Below the pieces are notes generated by a model that was not told the origin of the DNA, ran no database searches, and worked only from the letters and a program-made list of their open reading frames with translations. From an uncultured Gemmatimonadaceae bacterium (GTDB lineage: Bacteria > Gemmatimonadota > Gemmatimonadetes > Gemmatimonadales > Gemmatimonadaceae): 64,000 nucleotides of DNA. Every line of letters starts with the position of its first letter. Position 1 is the stretch's first letter. The stretch is from NCBI GenBank assembly GCA_963829055.1, contig CAWHHI010000003.1, forward strand, positions 160,001 through 224,000, written 5' to 3'. This document shows, one piece after another, positions 43,143-54,936 of this stretch. A program made the position numbers and the translations under genes.

Positions 43143-44366
43143 TCAATCCGTCGGGTTCCCGGGCAGCAACGGCTCGAGCGTCGGCGCTTCCGCTCCCTTC
43201 TCGGTGCATAACGCGAACGTCTTCTCGCCCGAGCCGTACATCGCGACGCCGGCGTGCTGCCCCTTCTTGTCGAGCACGAAGAAGCGGATGTTGAAGTTCG
43301 GCAGGCCCCGCGCGTTGAGGAGTCGCGTTTCCACGGTGTTGGCCCGGATGCGCTTGAGCGCCTCCATCCCGGCATCCTTCGGATGCATGCCGCGTCGCAT
43401 GCTTTCGACGATGAGATACGACGAGAGGTTGTAGAGATTCGCCTCGCCGCGCCCGGTGGACCCGGCGGCACCGACGTCGTTGTCGACGTACAGGCCGGCG
43501 CCGAGGATCGGCGAATCGCCGACGCGGCCGGGGATCTTCCACGCGAGGCCGCTCGTGGTCGTCACGCCGCAGATGTCGCCGTTCGCGTTGATGCCGTTGC
43601 AGTTGATGGTGCCCCAGAACGTCCCTTCGGGGATGAGACCGTCCGTCACCATCGACCAGCCCGCATCCAGCGCGCGGCGACCGAAATCACGCCGCGAGAC
43701 AGCGTCGAGAGCTCGGCCTCACCCGGATCCTTGTCGTGCTTGTCCTTCTTCGCGAACCCGCTTCGACGGATCGAGCCAGTGCTCGGGGTCCATGCGGCGA
43801 CGCCACTCGAGCCACAGACGCCGCGACTGCTCGGTGTTGAGATCGGCGTCTATCGAAAAGCCGAGGGCGCGCGCGAAGTCCTGGGCGCCTTTGCCGGCGA
43901 GGAGATGATGGTCGGTCTGATCCATCACGGCCTGCGCGACGAGCGACGGCGTACGCACGCCCTCGATGGCGGCGACGCCGCCAGCCCGCCGCCTGGGGCC
44001 ATGCATGCACGACGCGTCGAGCTGCACGACACCTTCGGCGTTAGGCAGCGCGCCGTACCCGATGCCGGTCTCTTCGGGGTCGAGCTCGGGGATGTTCACG
44101 CCGGCGATGAGCGCATCGAGCACGTCCTTGCCTTCCGTGATGAGACGGAACGCACGCTCGACCGCGCACTCGGGGCCGCCGTTCTTGAACTGAATACCGC
44201 TCGCGTCGGAGATGACGAGCGGCCGTACGGCGCCGCGGATCATGACCTCGGGCGCGGCAAATCGTCCTGCCGCGATGCGGCCTGTTGACAGCGGAGCCGC
44301 GGCAGCGATGCCGACACTGGCGGTGGCTCGAACGAAGTCGCGGCGATTGATCGGGTCTGTGCTCAT
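43143..44366 (-). CDS. N(4)-(beta-N-acetylglucosaminyl)-L-asparaginase family (Ntn hydrolase), Tat signal, frameshifted
   Basis: NRRDFV, GYGALPNAEGVVQLDASCM, GTINC, TTTSGLAWKIPGRVGDSPI. Confidence 0.88.
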
Positions 44367-44475
44367 GGGATGTCGGGAGGGAGACGATGCCATTATCGGG
44401 CGGTGCGCGCTGGCGCGCTACGGGTGGCCCTTACGTTGCGTACGCTCGAACCCGATTCTCACGCAACGACCGCCG

Positions 44476-45504
44476 ATGACATCAGTGACCATGGACTCGT
44501 ACGTGCTCCGCAATACGAATGGCATGACCGTCCGCTTCATCGCGTACGGTGGGAGCGTCGTGTCCATCGAAGTTCCGGATCGACACGGCACGCTCCGCGA
44601 CGTCGTGCTCGGCTACGACTCGCTCGACGGCTACGCCAACGACCGACGTTATCTCGGCGCCCTCATTGGCCGGTACGCGAACCGGATCGCGCGAGGCCGG
44701 TTCACCCTCGACGGTCGTGTTCATACGCTGACGATCAATGACGGTCCGAATCATCTCCATGGCGGGCGCCGAGGGTTCAACAAGGTGCCGTGGGAGGTCA
44801 CGCCGGTAGAGGACGGCGCGACAACCGGCGCTCTGCTCACGTACACGAGCGTGACGGGCGATGAGGGCTACCCTGGGACGATGTCGGTCAGCGTCATCAT
44901 CACGCTCACCCCTGACAACGCGTTGATCTTCGACTACGCCGCGGTTGCCGACGAGCCCACGCCCGTCAACCTGACGCACCACGGCTACTTCAATCTTGGC
45001 GGACACGACTCGGGCGACGTTCGCGCGCACGAGTTGACCATCGCGGCGTCGCGGTTCACGCCGGTCGATTCGGGACTGATCCCTACGGGCGAGCTTCGCG
45101 ACGTCAGCGGGACGCCGTTCGACTTCAGAGAACCGCGGGTGATCGGCGCGGCGCTCGATGTCGCTGACGAGCAGCTGCGGATTGGGGGTGGCTTCGATCA
45201 CAACTTCGTGCTCGACCGCGGCGATGGAAATGAGGATCCCACGTTCGTCGCACGCCTTCACGACCCTGCGAGTGGACGCGTGCTGGAGATTTACACGACC
45301 GAGCCGGGCCTGCAGTTCTATTCCGGCCAGGCGCTCGGCGGCGTGATCGGGAAGGGGAATTTTACGTACGGCGCGTACGCCGGCGTCGCGCTGGAGACGC
45401 AGCATTTCCCGGATTCGCCTAACCAGCCGGCATTTCCGTCGACGATCCTGCGGCCCGGCGAGGGGTTCACGTCGCGGACGATCTACCAGTTCTCGATGGT
45501 CTGA
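44476..45504 (+). CDS. galM: Aldose 1-epimerase (mutarotase)
   Basis: GRYANRI, HLHGG, NLTHHGYFNL, GFDHNF and ALETQHFPDSPN. Confidence 0.93.
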   Translation: MTSVTMDSYVLRNTNGMTVRFIAYGGSVVSIEVPDRHGTLRDVVLGYDSLDGYANDRRYLGALIGRYANRIARGRFTLDGRVHTLTINDGPNHLHGGRRGFNKVPWEVTPVEDGATTGALLTYTSVTGDEGYPGTMSVSVIITLTPDNALIFDYAAVADEPTPVNLTHHGYFNLGGHDSGDVRAHELTIAASRFTPVDSGLIPTGELRDVSGTPFDFREPRVIGAALDVADEQLRIGGGFDHNFVLDRGDGNEDPTFVARLHDPASGRVLEIYTTEPGLQFYSGQALGGVIGKGNFTYGAYAGVALETQHFPDSPNQPAFPSTILRPGEGFTSRTIYQFSMV

Positions 45505-45522
45505 GTCGAGGCCGAGGGAGGC

Positions 45523-45778
45523 CGGAGGGCGGAGGGCGGACGGCGGACGGCGGCGGGCGGATGGCGGAGAAAAAACGTGTCAATCCCGAGCGGCAGCGAC
45601 TTGTCATCCCGAGCGGCAGCGAGGGATCTTCTCGAACGGCATCGTGGCTGACCGGCCACGAGTACTTCACGCGAGATCCCTCGCTGCCGCTCGGGATGAC
45701 ACCGTCGTTTCTTCCGCCCTCCGCCATCCGCCCTCCGCCCTCCGCCATCCGCCCTCCGCCGTCCGCCGTCCGCCGTCC
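45523..45778. repeat. REP family B element (45602-45701) flanked by inverted heptamer arrays
   Basis: About 6 NGGCGGA units on the left and about 9 TCCGCCN units on the right; core tgtcatcccgagcggcagcgagggatct...agatccctcgctgccgctcgggatgaca. Confidence 0.85.
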
Positions 45779-47297
45779 TACGGCCTCCTTCCTACGGCCT
45801 CACTGAGTCCCGCCATCAGGCGCAGCAGCCCGTCCTGCGTCGCCTGCGCCTGCGTCACCTCGCCGACGATTCGGCCCGCTCGAAGCACGAGGATGCGCTG
45901 CGACAGCGTCAGGACTTCGGGCAGCTCGCTCGAGATCAGGAGGATCGCCGGCGCCCTGATTCGCGAGCTCGCCGATCAGTCCGTGGATCTCGGCCTTCGC
46001 GCCCACGTCCACGCCGCGCGTCGGCTCGTCGAGGATGAGCACGCGCGACTTCGCGGCGAGCCACCGCGCGAGCACGATCTTCTGCTGATTCCCGCCCGAC
46101 AAGCCCGGCGACGACCGTGTCGAGCGACGGCGCGCGGACGCGAAGCCGGTCGAAGAACTCCTGGCCACGCTCCGCTCCTCGCGCCGGCGAAGCCAGCCGA
46201 ACCGCGCGAGCCGACGCAGGATCGCGAGCGACAGGTTGTGCACGCCGCTCTCCTGCGGCACGAGCCCCTGCCGCTTCCGGTCCTCCGGCACCAGCCCGAT
46301 GCCTAACGCGATCGCCTCCGCCGGCGTTTGCCACGCGCGCGGGTTGTCCCGCCAACCACGATCGTCGCCGCGCCTGAACGGGATCCAGGCCGAACAGCGC
46401 CTGCGCCAGCTCGGACCGGCCGGCGCCGACGAGCCCCGCGATGCCCAACACCTCGCCGGCCCGAAGCGAGAACGAGACGTCCTCGAACTTCCCGGGCGAC
46501 GACAGCCCCTCGACGCGCAGCAGCTCATCGCCGACGACGACACCCTCGCGCCGCGGCACGTACTCGGCCAGCGGACGCCCGATCATCATCTGCACGAGCT
46601 CGTGCTCCGACAGCCCGCCGATGGGCCGCGTGCCGACGTGCTGGCCGTCGCGCAGCACGCTCACCGTGTCGCACAGCTGGAAGACTTCGGGCATGCGATG
46701 CGACACGTAGATGCACGCCACGCCGCGTGCGCTTGAGGCGGCCGATCAGCTCGTACAGACGATCCGCTTCGACCTGACTGAGGCTGCTCGTCGGCTCGTC
46801 GAAGATGATGATCTTCGCGCCACCGCTCACCGCCATCGCGATCTGCACCATCTGCTGCTGCGCGATCGTGAGCGACCCCACCGGGCGCCAGACGTCGAGC
46901 GTCGTTCCGATCTCGGCGAGCATGGCGCCGGCCCGCTGACGCCATCGCGTCGCGGTCGAGCAGCCCGCCGCGCGACGGCAGCGACCCGAGGCAGAGGTTC
47001 TCGGCGACGGACAGGTTCTCGCAGAACGCGAGCTCCTGGTGCACCATGCCCGACGCCGGCGGCCAGCGCGTCGCGCGGGCTCTCGAAGTGAACCTCGCGG
47101 CCCTGAATGAACAGGCGGCCGGAGTCGGGCGTGTGGATGCCGGCGAGAATCTTCCCCAGCGTGCTCTTGCCCGCGCCGTTCTCGCCGCATAACGCGTGGC
47201 ACGACCCGTCGGCGATTTCCAGCGACACGTCGGTGAGTGCCTGCACGCCTGGAAATCGCCGAGTGATATTCTCGAAGCGGACGGCCGGTTCGGTCAT
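45778..47297 (-). CDS. Sugar ABC transporter ATP-binding protein (RbsA/XylG type), multiple frameshifts
   Basis: [35 protein letters not shown] and [13 protein letters not shown]. Confidence 0.9.
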
Positions 47298-48372
47298 GCG
47301 ACGCGTGCGCCCCTTACATTCTTGAGGTACGCGTCAGGCACGTCGGTGAAGCCCCACGCCTTGAGCTGGCGCGCCCACTCGCCGAGGTTGTCCTTCGTGA
47401 CGCGCACGAGATCCATGGGGATGATGGTCGGCACGTCCTTCTTGTTGATCACCTTGTCGACGATGGTGTTCACGCCGACGTAGCCCCACTGGTACACGGA
47501 CTGGGCGAGCAGCACGGGCGCGATGCCCTTGTCCACGTACACGAGCTCCGAGCCTAACGCGTCGACCGACGCGATCTTGACGCGCTTCGGATCGAGGTCG
47601 TTGACGAGCGACGGCGTGAACAGCGCCCAGCCACCGATCATCGCCCAGCCCTGGATGTCCGGGTACGCGTTGCCGACACGCACGACTTCCGCGGCCGCGT
47701 CCTGCGGCGTCTCGACGTGGTTGAACGTGCCGAGGATCTGGATGCCGGGCGTCTTCGCCGCTTCTTCCTTCACGCCCTGCACGCGGTGCTGCAGGTTCGG
47801 CGCGTTCTGATTGCCGGCGAGGATGGCGATCTTGCCCTTGCCGTTCAGAGCTTCGCCAGCTCCGCCATCACGAGGTGACCCGTCTTCACGTCGTCGACGC
47901 CGTAGAACGCGAACCGCTTGGACTGCGGGCGCGTCGCTGTCGAACGTCATCACCGGGACGCCACGATCGACGGCGTCGTTGATGGCGCCGGTGACCTTGC
48001 CGGCGTCGGAGCAGGAGATGAGGATCGCGTCGGCGCCGTCGTTCACGGCCTGCTGGATGCGCTGCGCCTGGACCTGTCCGTCTTCCTGCGGCGGCGTGAG
48101 CCAGTTGACGCGGATGTCCTTGCCCGGTCTTCGCGGACAGCTCCTTGGCCGCCGCCTCGGCGCCGGTGCGCGCGGCGAGGAACACGGGGTTCGTGGAGCT
48201 CTTCGCGATCATCGCGATCGTGAACGTGTTGCCCTTGGCCGTTGGGGCCGCGGCAGTCGTCTGCGAGTCGGCTTTCTTCTCCGATCCGCCGCCGCTGCAT
48301 GCGACGGCCGCGGTTCCGAGGGTCATCACCAGTCCAGCCCAGCGAACGCATTCGGGTCATCATCATTTGCAA
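47294..48372 (-). CDS. Sugar ABC transporter substrate-binding lipoprotein, frameshifted
   Basis: Lipobox [27 protein letters not shown] and NLQHRVQG. Confidence 0.85.
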
Positions 48373-48649
48373 GATCCTCTCAGGAACGCTGTACCGTCGC
48401 GCCTAACGTCTTGGTGAATCTGCCATCTAAGACCTGAGGGGCGAACGGATGCGCGGATTCGACTGATTGATCCCGGGACGGGACCTGCCATCCCGAACGG
48501 CATCGATTGTCGATCCCGAGCGCCATGCTCACGAGGAGTCCTCGTGGAATCAGCTCGTGGCGTGCCACCTCCCGCAGTGACATTCGCGAAATCCGTCGCA
48601 TCGCCGTTGGGATGCACTAGTCATCGCCGACGCTCGTGCCGTCGAGAAG

Positions 48650-49703
48650 TCAAGCCGCCGCCCGCGCGCGCTCCGCCGCTCGACTCAGTCGACGCGCGGT
48701 GAGGCGCGTACTCCACTGGTCCACCACCACCGCGATCACGATCGCACAGCCGATCACGATCCACTCGTAGTTCTGGTCGAAGTGCAGCGTGCGAATCGAT
48801 TGGCGGATCAGCACGATCAGCAGCGCGCCGAGCATGGCGCCGAGCGCGCTGCCCTTGCCGCCGAGCAGACTCGCGCCGCCGACGACCGCCGACGCGATCA
48901 CGTACAGCTCGTACCCCTGCGCGTCGCCTGACGAGACCGAGCCGTAGAAGCTGCCGCCGAGGAACGCGGCCAGCCCCGCCGTGAGTCCCGACACCGCGAA
49001 GACTCCGATCTGAATCCGCGAGAGCGACAAGCCCGGCGAAGCGGCTCGCCTCGAGGTTTCCGCCGAACGCGAAGATCCGGCGGCCCATCGTCGTTCGCGT
49101 CAGGTAGATGATCCCGAGCACGGTCAGCACGATCATCGACAGCATGGGCACCGGATACAGCCCGCCACCGAGACCTAACGATGCCTTCGACACGGCCGTG
49201 AGCGGCGCCGGCACGAGGATGCTCTCGGCCTTGGTCGCCACGAACGCGATCCCGCGCAGCACCCACATCGTGCCGAGCGTGATGATGAACGGGTGGACGC
49301 GAAGTCCGACGACGAGCGCGCCGTTCAGCACGCCACACGCGAGCCCGACGCCAAGGCAGACGAGGAGGCCGAGCAGCGTCGTGGCGGTGGCGCCCATCGG
49401 GCCGGCGCCGCGGAGGAAGAGCGCCATCGCCACGCCGGAGAGCGCGTAGATCGACCCGACCGACAGATCGATGCCGCCGGAGATGATCACGATCGTCGCG
49501 CCGATCGCCATGATCGCGAAGAAGCTCGCGTCGGTGGCGGTCTGAATCAGCGTGTACGAGTTCCAGAAGTTGTTCACCACTGCGCCCGTCTGCCGGTCGG
49601 GATGCGAGCCGGCGAGCGCCGTCAGCGTGATGGTGACGATGACGAGCACGAGAACGAGTCCGATTTCCTGTGAAGCGAACAGCCGTCGAACAACGTGGCG
49701 CAT
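48650..49703 (-). CDS. Sugar ABC transporter permease, frameshift near 49030
   Basis: GGIDLSVGS, PFIITLG, FGGNLEASRFAG and YELYVIASAVVGGASLLGGKG. Confidence 0.9.
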
Positions 49704-49746
49704 CTACTCTGGTGGGGTGCGTCATCCGAGGCGTCAGCCTCGGTTG

Positions 49747-51275
49747 TCATCCTGATCCGGCAGGCGACGGATGACGCAGTGCGCGGTACGATTCCCGGAA
49801 CCGGTCGTACGCGCTCTGGTAGTCTCCGTGCGCCCGCGAATCTGGCTGCTCTGACGGCGCCTCGGGTAAGGGTTGCGCGCGCCGCCGCTCGCAAGATCCG
49901 GAAAGGCACCCGCCCCGACCGCCGCGAGCAGCGCCGCCCCGTACGCCGGACCCTCCTCCCGGTTCACCGTGCTGACCGGCACTCCGTACACATCAGCCTG
50001 CAGGCGCCGAATGAACGGGCTCTTCGCGCCGCCGCCGGTGAGCAGCAGGTCGTTCGGGCGACAGACCGAGCTCCTGGAGGATCGACAGCGAGTCGCGGAG
50101 CGCGAACGCAATGCCTTCGAGCAACCGCGCGCGTCATGTGCGCTCGCGAGTGCGCGAGGCTCAGTCCGAGAAACGCGCCGCGCGCCGACGCGTCGCGATG
50201 TGGCGTCCGCTCGCCCTGCAGGTACGGCAGGAACGTCACCCCATCGGCTCCCGGGCGGAACGCTCGCCGCTTCCGCGTCGAGCATCGCGTCCGCATCCGG
50301 CGAGCCGACGCGAGCTCCCGCGCGAGCTGGTCGCGATACCACGCGAACGCGCCGCCGGCCGAGAGGACCACACCCATGACGTACCAGGTGCCGGGCACCA
50401 CGTGGCAGAAGGTGTGAGCGCGCAAGCCCGGGATCGACGAGCGGCTGCGCCGTCGGCGCGAGCACCGTGCCGGATGTGCCCCAGCTCGCGACCGCGTCAC
50501 CAGGCGTGATGACGCCGACGCCCGCCGCACCGCACGCGTTGTCCGCGCCACCGCCAACCACCGGCGTGCCCTCCGCGAAGTCCCGTGGCGACGCGCGGCG
50601 TCGGGCGTGACACGCCCGAGCACCTCGGACGAGCCACCGACGTCCGGGCAGCAGCGCTGCGCGGGACGTCCGGCCGCCGGAGGATCTCGTCGCTCCAGCG
50701 GCAGCCGAGCGGGGTCGAACATGAGCGTGCCTGACGCGTCGGACGGCTCGCGTGGCGAGCGTACCCGTTAGGCGGTAGCGGATGAAGTCCTTCGCCAGCA
50801 GCACGGTTGCGACGCGTGCGTACGCGTCCGGCTCGTGCGTGCGGAGCCACAGCACCTTCGGGCAGCGTGAACCCCTCGAGTGCCGGGTTGCGCACCCAGT
50901 CCCGCAGCCGTCTCCTCCCCGCCCGCTCGCCGCGTGATCTCGGCGCACTCGTCCGTCGTGCGCCCGTCGCACCAGAGGAGCGCCGGCCTAACGACGTGCG
51001 CCCGCGCGGTCGAGGAACACGGACGAGTGCATCTGCCCGGAGATGCCGACCGACGCGACGCTGCGCGTCAGGCTTCGCTGCGCCAGGACCTCGCGAATCG
51101 ACTCGCATCGTCGCGTCCCACCAGCGTCCGGATCCTGTTCGGCCCAGCCGGGTCGCGGCGTGGACAGCGTGAGCGGCGTCGTCGCGGCGGCTACGACGTC
51201 GCCGGAGGGCGCGACGAGGATCGCCTTGACGCCGCTCGTGCCGATGTCGAGCCCGAGAAACACCGACTCGGCCAC
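49747..51275 (-). CDS. xylB: Xylulokinase, multiple frameshifts
   Basis: [46 protein letters not shown] and GGGAKS; adjacent to xylA. Confidence 0.88.
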
Positions 51276-51276
51276 G

Positions 51277-52453
51277 TCAGCGGACTCCGAGCAGCAGCTC
51301 CATCGTCAACTGATCGAGCCGCTCGTACGCGTAGCCGCGGTCGCGCAGGGCGTCGAGGTCGAACGGCTGATCCTTGAGCGTGCGCGCAGCGTCGGCGGAG
51401 TAGCGTGACGCGTTCGCCGGCCGTCGCGCCGCGCTCGCGCAGATCGGCGAGGAGCGCCTGGATTTCCGCGATCGGCGTTGAAGCGCGCGACCTTCTCTCG
51501 AGAATGAGGTAGGTGCGCATGCTGCCGCGCGCGAAGTCCCACACGCCGGCTTCGTCTTCGGTGCGATACGCGTGGCTGTCGAAGTGTCGCATGCCATGCC
51601 ACTTCGCGTCCTCGAGCAGCTTCACGAGGAAGAACGCCGCCTTCGGGTCCTCGCTGCGCGAATCGCAGATCCTGATCGAAGCGGCCGGGCTTCTGACCGT
51701 TCAGGTCGATGTGAAAGAGCTTGCCTGCCTCGAGCGCCTGCGCGACGCCGTGTGAGAAGTCGAGCCCGGGCATGGTGTCGTGCGCGACTTCCGGGTTGAG
51801 GCCCACCATGTCGGGGTGGTCGAGCGTGTAGATGAACGCGAGCATGTGGCCGATCGTGGGCAGGAAGATGTCGCCGCGTGGCTCGTTAGGCTTGGGCTCG
51901 AGCGCGAAGCGGAGATCGTACCGCTGCTCGCGCACGTACTCGCACAGGAAGTTGATCGCGTCGCGAAACCACTTGATGGCTTCCTGCGGATCCTTGGCCG
52001 CGTTCGTCTCGACGCCCTCGCGCCCGCCCCAGAACACGTAGGTCGCCGCGCCGAGCTCGACGCCGAGGTCGATGGCGCGCATGGTTTTCTGCAAGCGCGT
52101 AGCCGCGCACCTGGCGGTCGTTGCTCGTGAACGCGCCGTCGCGGAAGACCGGGTCGCCGAACAGGTTCGTCGTGGCCATCGGCACCTTCACGCCCGACTC
52201 GGCGAGCGCTGCCTTGAACTCGCGAACGATGCGATCGCGATCCGAGGCCGAGCTGCCGCGCGGCACGAGGTCGTCGTCGTGGAGATTCACGCCGTACGCG
52301 CCGAGCTCGGCGAGCTTCGGTGACGATGCGATTCGGGGAGATCGCCGGCCTAACGGGATCGCCGAACGGATCGCGACCGACGTTGCCGACGGTCCAGAGC
52401 CCGAACGTGAAGTGGTGCTCCGGGCGGGGGGTGTAGGCGTCCTGTGCGGTCAT
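51277..52453 (-). CDS. xylA: Xylose isomerase (short Streptomyces/Thermus-type), multiple frameshifts
   Basis: [42 protein letters not shown] and FHIDLNGQ. Confidence 0.93.
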
Positions 52454-52520
52454 CCTGGGTACGTCGATTTCAGGTGGATCGATTGCTCGCGGATAAGATG
52501 TGCGTCTTCCGGGTTCAACG

Positions 52521-52926
52521 CATCATCGCGCCGGGGCCGGTGGGAACTGCGATTGGGCGGATCTGTACTGCGAAACTGCCGGATACACCTTTGCATTCGC
52601 GGCATCGTTGCGCTGGGCCGGTGGGAACTGCGATCTCGCGGATGACACGGAAGAAGCAGGATAGCGCCCCGTAGGGGCCGGCTCCGCTCGCAACGAGCCG
52701 GGATTTCTTGGGAACGGCCGCTCGGGACGCCGGCGTCTCCCGAGCGGCCGTTTCCATTGTTCAATCAGAGTCCGGCGATGAGCCAGCGTCAATGCAAAGC
52801 CGTATCCGGCTGTTTTCCGTGTCATCCGCAAATCGCAGTTCCCACCGACCGCGGCGCGATGATGTCTGAATGCAAAGCGGTACCGATCCGCCCAATCGTA
52901 GTCCCCACCGGCCCCGGCGCGATGAT
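52521..52926. repeat. Family A element, copy 4 (extra right-arm unit)
   Basis: Same arms and core; second right arm atccgcccaatcgtagtccccaccggccccggcgc. Confidence 0.9.
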
Positions 52927-52945
52927 GCCTGTACCGGGAATGCAC

Positions 52946-54205
52946 TCAACGATCTCTTACCAGGATCGCGTTGCCCACCGCGCGCTCGCCGGCCGCGTCG
53001 CTCGGGCGGTTCACGAGTTTCCCCTCGATCACGAGCGCCGTCGACCCGCCGCCGTCGAAGTTGAGGCCCTGGTACACGCCGATCGACACGAGAAAGTCTC
53101 CGAGCTCGACGAGCGTCATGCCGTCGCTCGTCTCCTGCCGGCCGTCGACCGCGACGAGATAGATCGTCGTGCTGTCGCGAGAGAAACCGATCGCGGACCG
53201 CGGGTGCCGCTTGGCGGAGAAGCTCGGGAACGTCCCCTCGACCGAGTCGGAAGCGCCGCCGACGTTGCGGCCGTCCTGCACCACGCGCGGCCAGCCGCCG
53301 ACGATCGTCGTTAGGCGTCCGCGATCCGGCCGGAAGTGGTGCGTGACGCGGAGCGCGCTCGAGCATCGGGCGATGGAATCGAGTCGCGCGCTGGCGGTCC
53401 CGTACGCGGCGAGCACTCCCTGATTCTCCGTGATCGACGCGGGCGTGTCCCGAGCGGTCCCGAACGGCACCAGCTCGAGGCCCTCGTCTTTTGTTTGACC
53501 AGCCGATGCACGCACGGGCAGCTCGCGCGGCGTGTGCAACGAGTCCTGACGCGGCGCGTCGGCGTAGGCGGCGGAAAAGAGAATGAGCGCGTCAGGCACG
53601 CGCGGGACACCGTTCACGCCGTCGAGCACGAAGTGGCCGCACGCACCGTCCAGCGCGCCGGCGTAGGAGAAGCGCTCGAGGTACGGCCGTCCGTTGACGT
53701 CCACGGCGAACTGCGTGTGCGAGTTGCGGAACGTGTCGTACGGCGAGTCCGTCACGGGGTTCGCCTTCCACACGTCACCGTTCACGACCTGATTGTTCTC
53801 GTTCGCGCCCGTCTTGAGGTCGAAGAAGTCGGCGTTGAGCGCCACGCGAATCCGCTCGCCACGCGCCTGCCGACGACGCACCATGTCCGTCACGCGCTCT
53901 CGGCCACGCAGCGAGTCGAACGCCCGAGCCGCGACGAACTCGTAGCGCGACCGCGCCGGTACGGTCACGATCTGGATGTTGTACGGACCGCTCGGTCGTC
54001 GCACGCGATAGTGCACGATGCCGGCCGTGACGGTATCGACGCTGACCGAGTCGGTCGCGGCGAACCGGATCGGCGCGCTCGCTGGCGTGGGCGACGTCGA
54101 CGCGCGCGTGCACGCCGCAAGCCCGAGCAGCGCTGCTGTCATCCCGAGCGAAGCGAGGGATCTTCTCGAAGAATCCCGTAGCTGGGCGGGCCACGATGAC
54201 ATCAT
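52946..54205 (-). CDS. Phosphodiester glycosidase (NAGPA-like) family lipoprotein
   Basis: ALNADFF, RHPRSAIG, VAVDGRQ, LNFDGGGST and ERAVGNAI. Probable start 54205 or 54142, both inside a REP. Confidence 0.85.
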   Translation of the reverse strand: MMSSWPAQLRDSSRRSLASLGMTAALLGLAACTRASTSPTPASAPIRFAATDSVSVDTVTAGIVHYRVRRPSGPYNIQIVTVPARSRYEFVAARAFDSLRGRERVTDMVRRRQARGERIRVALNADFFDLKTGANENNQVVNGDVWKANPVTDSPYDTFRNSHTQFAVDVNGRPYLERFSYAGALDGACGHFVLDGVNGVPRVPDALILFSAAYADAPRQDSLHTPRELPVRASAGQTKDEGLELVPFGTARDTPASITENQGVLAAYGTASARLDSIARCSSALRVTHHFRPDRGRLTTIVGGWPRVVQDGRNVGGASDSVEGTFPSFSAKRHPRSAIGFSRDSTTIYLVAVDGRQETSDGMTLVELGDFLVSIGVYQGLNFDGGGSTALVIEGKLVNRPSDAAGERAVGNAILVRDR

Positions 54206-54241
54206 AGAAGGTCCCTCGTCACTGCGTTCCTCGGGATGACA
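54137..54241. repeat. REP family B element overlapping the glycosidase gene start
   Basis: tgtcatcccgagcgaagcgagggatcttct...gaaggtccctcg...ctcgggatgaca. Confidence 0.8.
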
Positions 54242-54371
54242 AGCCGCTGACGCTCGCGATGACACCAGGATTCCCCCCCTTGGGACGAAAGACAAGGCCC
54301 GTTCGCGTGACCGATCATGCGGCGCTGGGGTTAGGCGGGAACATACGGACAACGCTGGAGGAGGCTCGTCG

Positions 54372-54924
54372 ATGTCGATTGGTCGGTTGCTCGTTCAGAA
54401 GCGCAACGCCCGCGGGTCGAGCATGGTACGCCGCGCCCGAGCGATCGCGTCGCTCGACACTCGCGACGTTCGCGACCATCGCTACCGCCTGCTCGACCGG
54501 CTCGCCCGCCGGTCCCGCGGACGCGAGCCTCGTCGGCAATCTGGACGGCCGAGCGGTGGGGCCGTCAGGGCTCGAGCAGCGCCTGGTGACGAAGGTCGAG
54601 GCGGCACCGGCGGGCAGTCCCTACACGGCGTTGCTCACCGCGACGTCCACGATCGTGAACACGGGATCCGCGCCCGTGCGCGTCACGGCTCGCACGTGCC
54701 TGTTCCAGGAGTCCGACGTCGAGACGACGGCGAAGATGGATCGCTTCGAACCGCTCATCTCCTGCTCGGCCGTGAGCATGGCACTCACCCTGGCACCGGG
54801 GCAGTCGACCGGGCCGATGGACGTGCAGTTCGGCGTGCGCTCCGGACCGGGCACGTACACGCTCGAGCTCCGCCACGCACTCGACCCCGAGTTCCGTGCC
54901 TCGGCGTCGTTCCGCATCCCGTAG
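54372..54924 (+). CDS. Hypothetical lipoprotein, probable frameshift near 54455
   Basis: ATIATAC lipobox followed by a beta-rich domain with two Cys in ORF 54259..54924; RBS ggagg before ATG 54372. Confidence 0.55.
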
Positions 54925-54936
54925 CGCCTAACGCTA

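Noticed and set aside
45778..52453. Programmed frameshifting or phase variation in the xylose genes
   Set aside because: Shifts are numerous, not at slippery or repeat tracts, and occur throughout the window.
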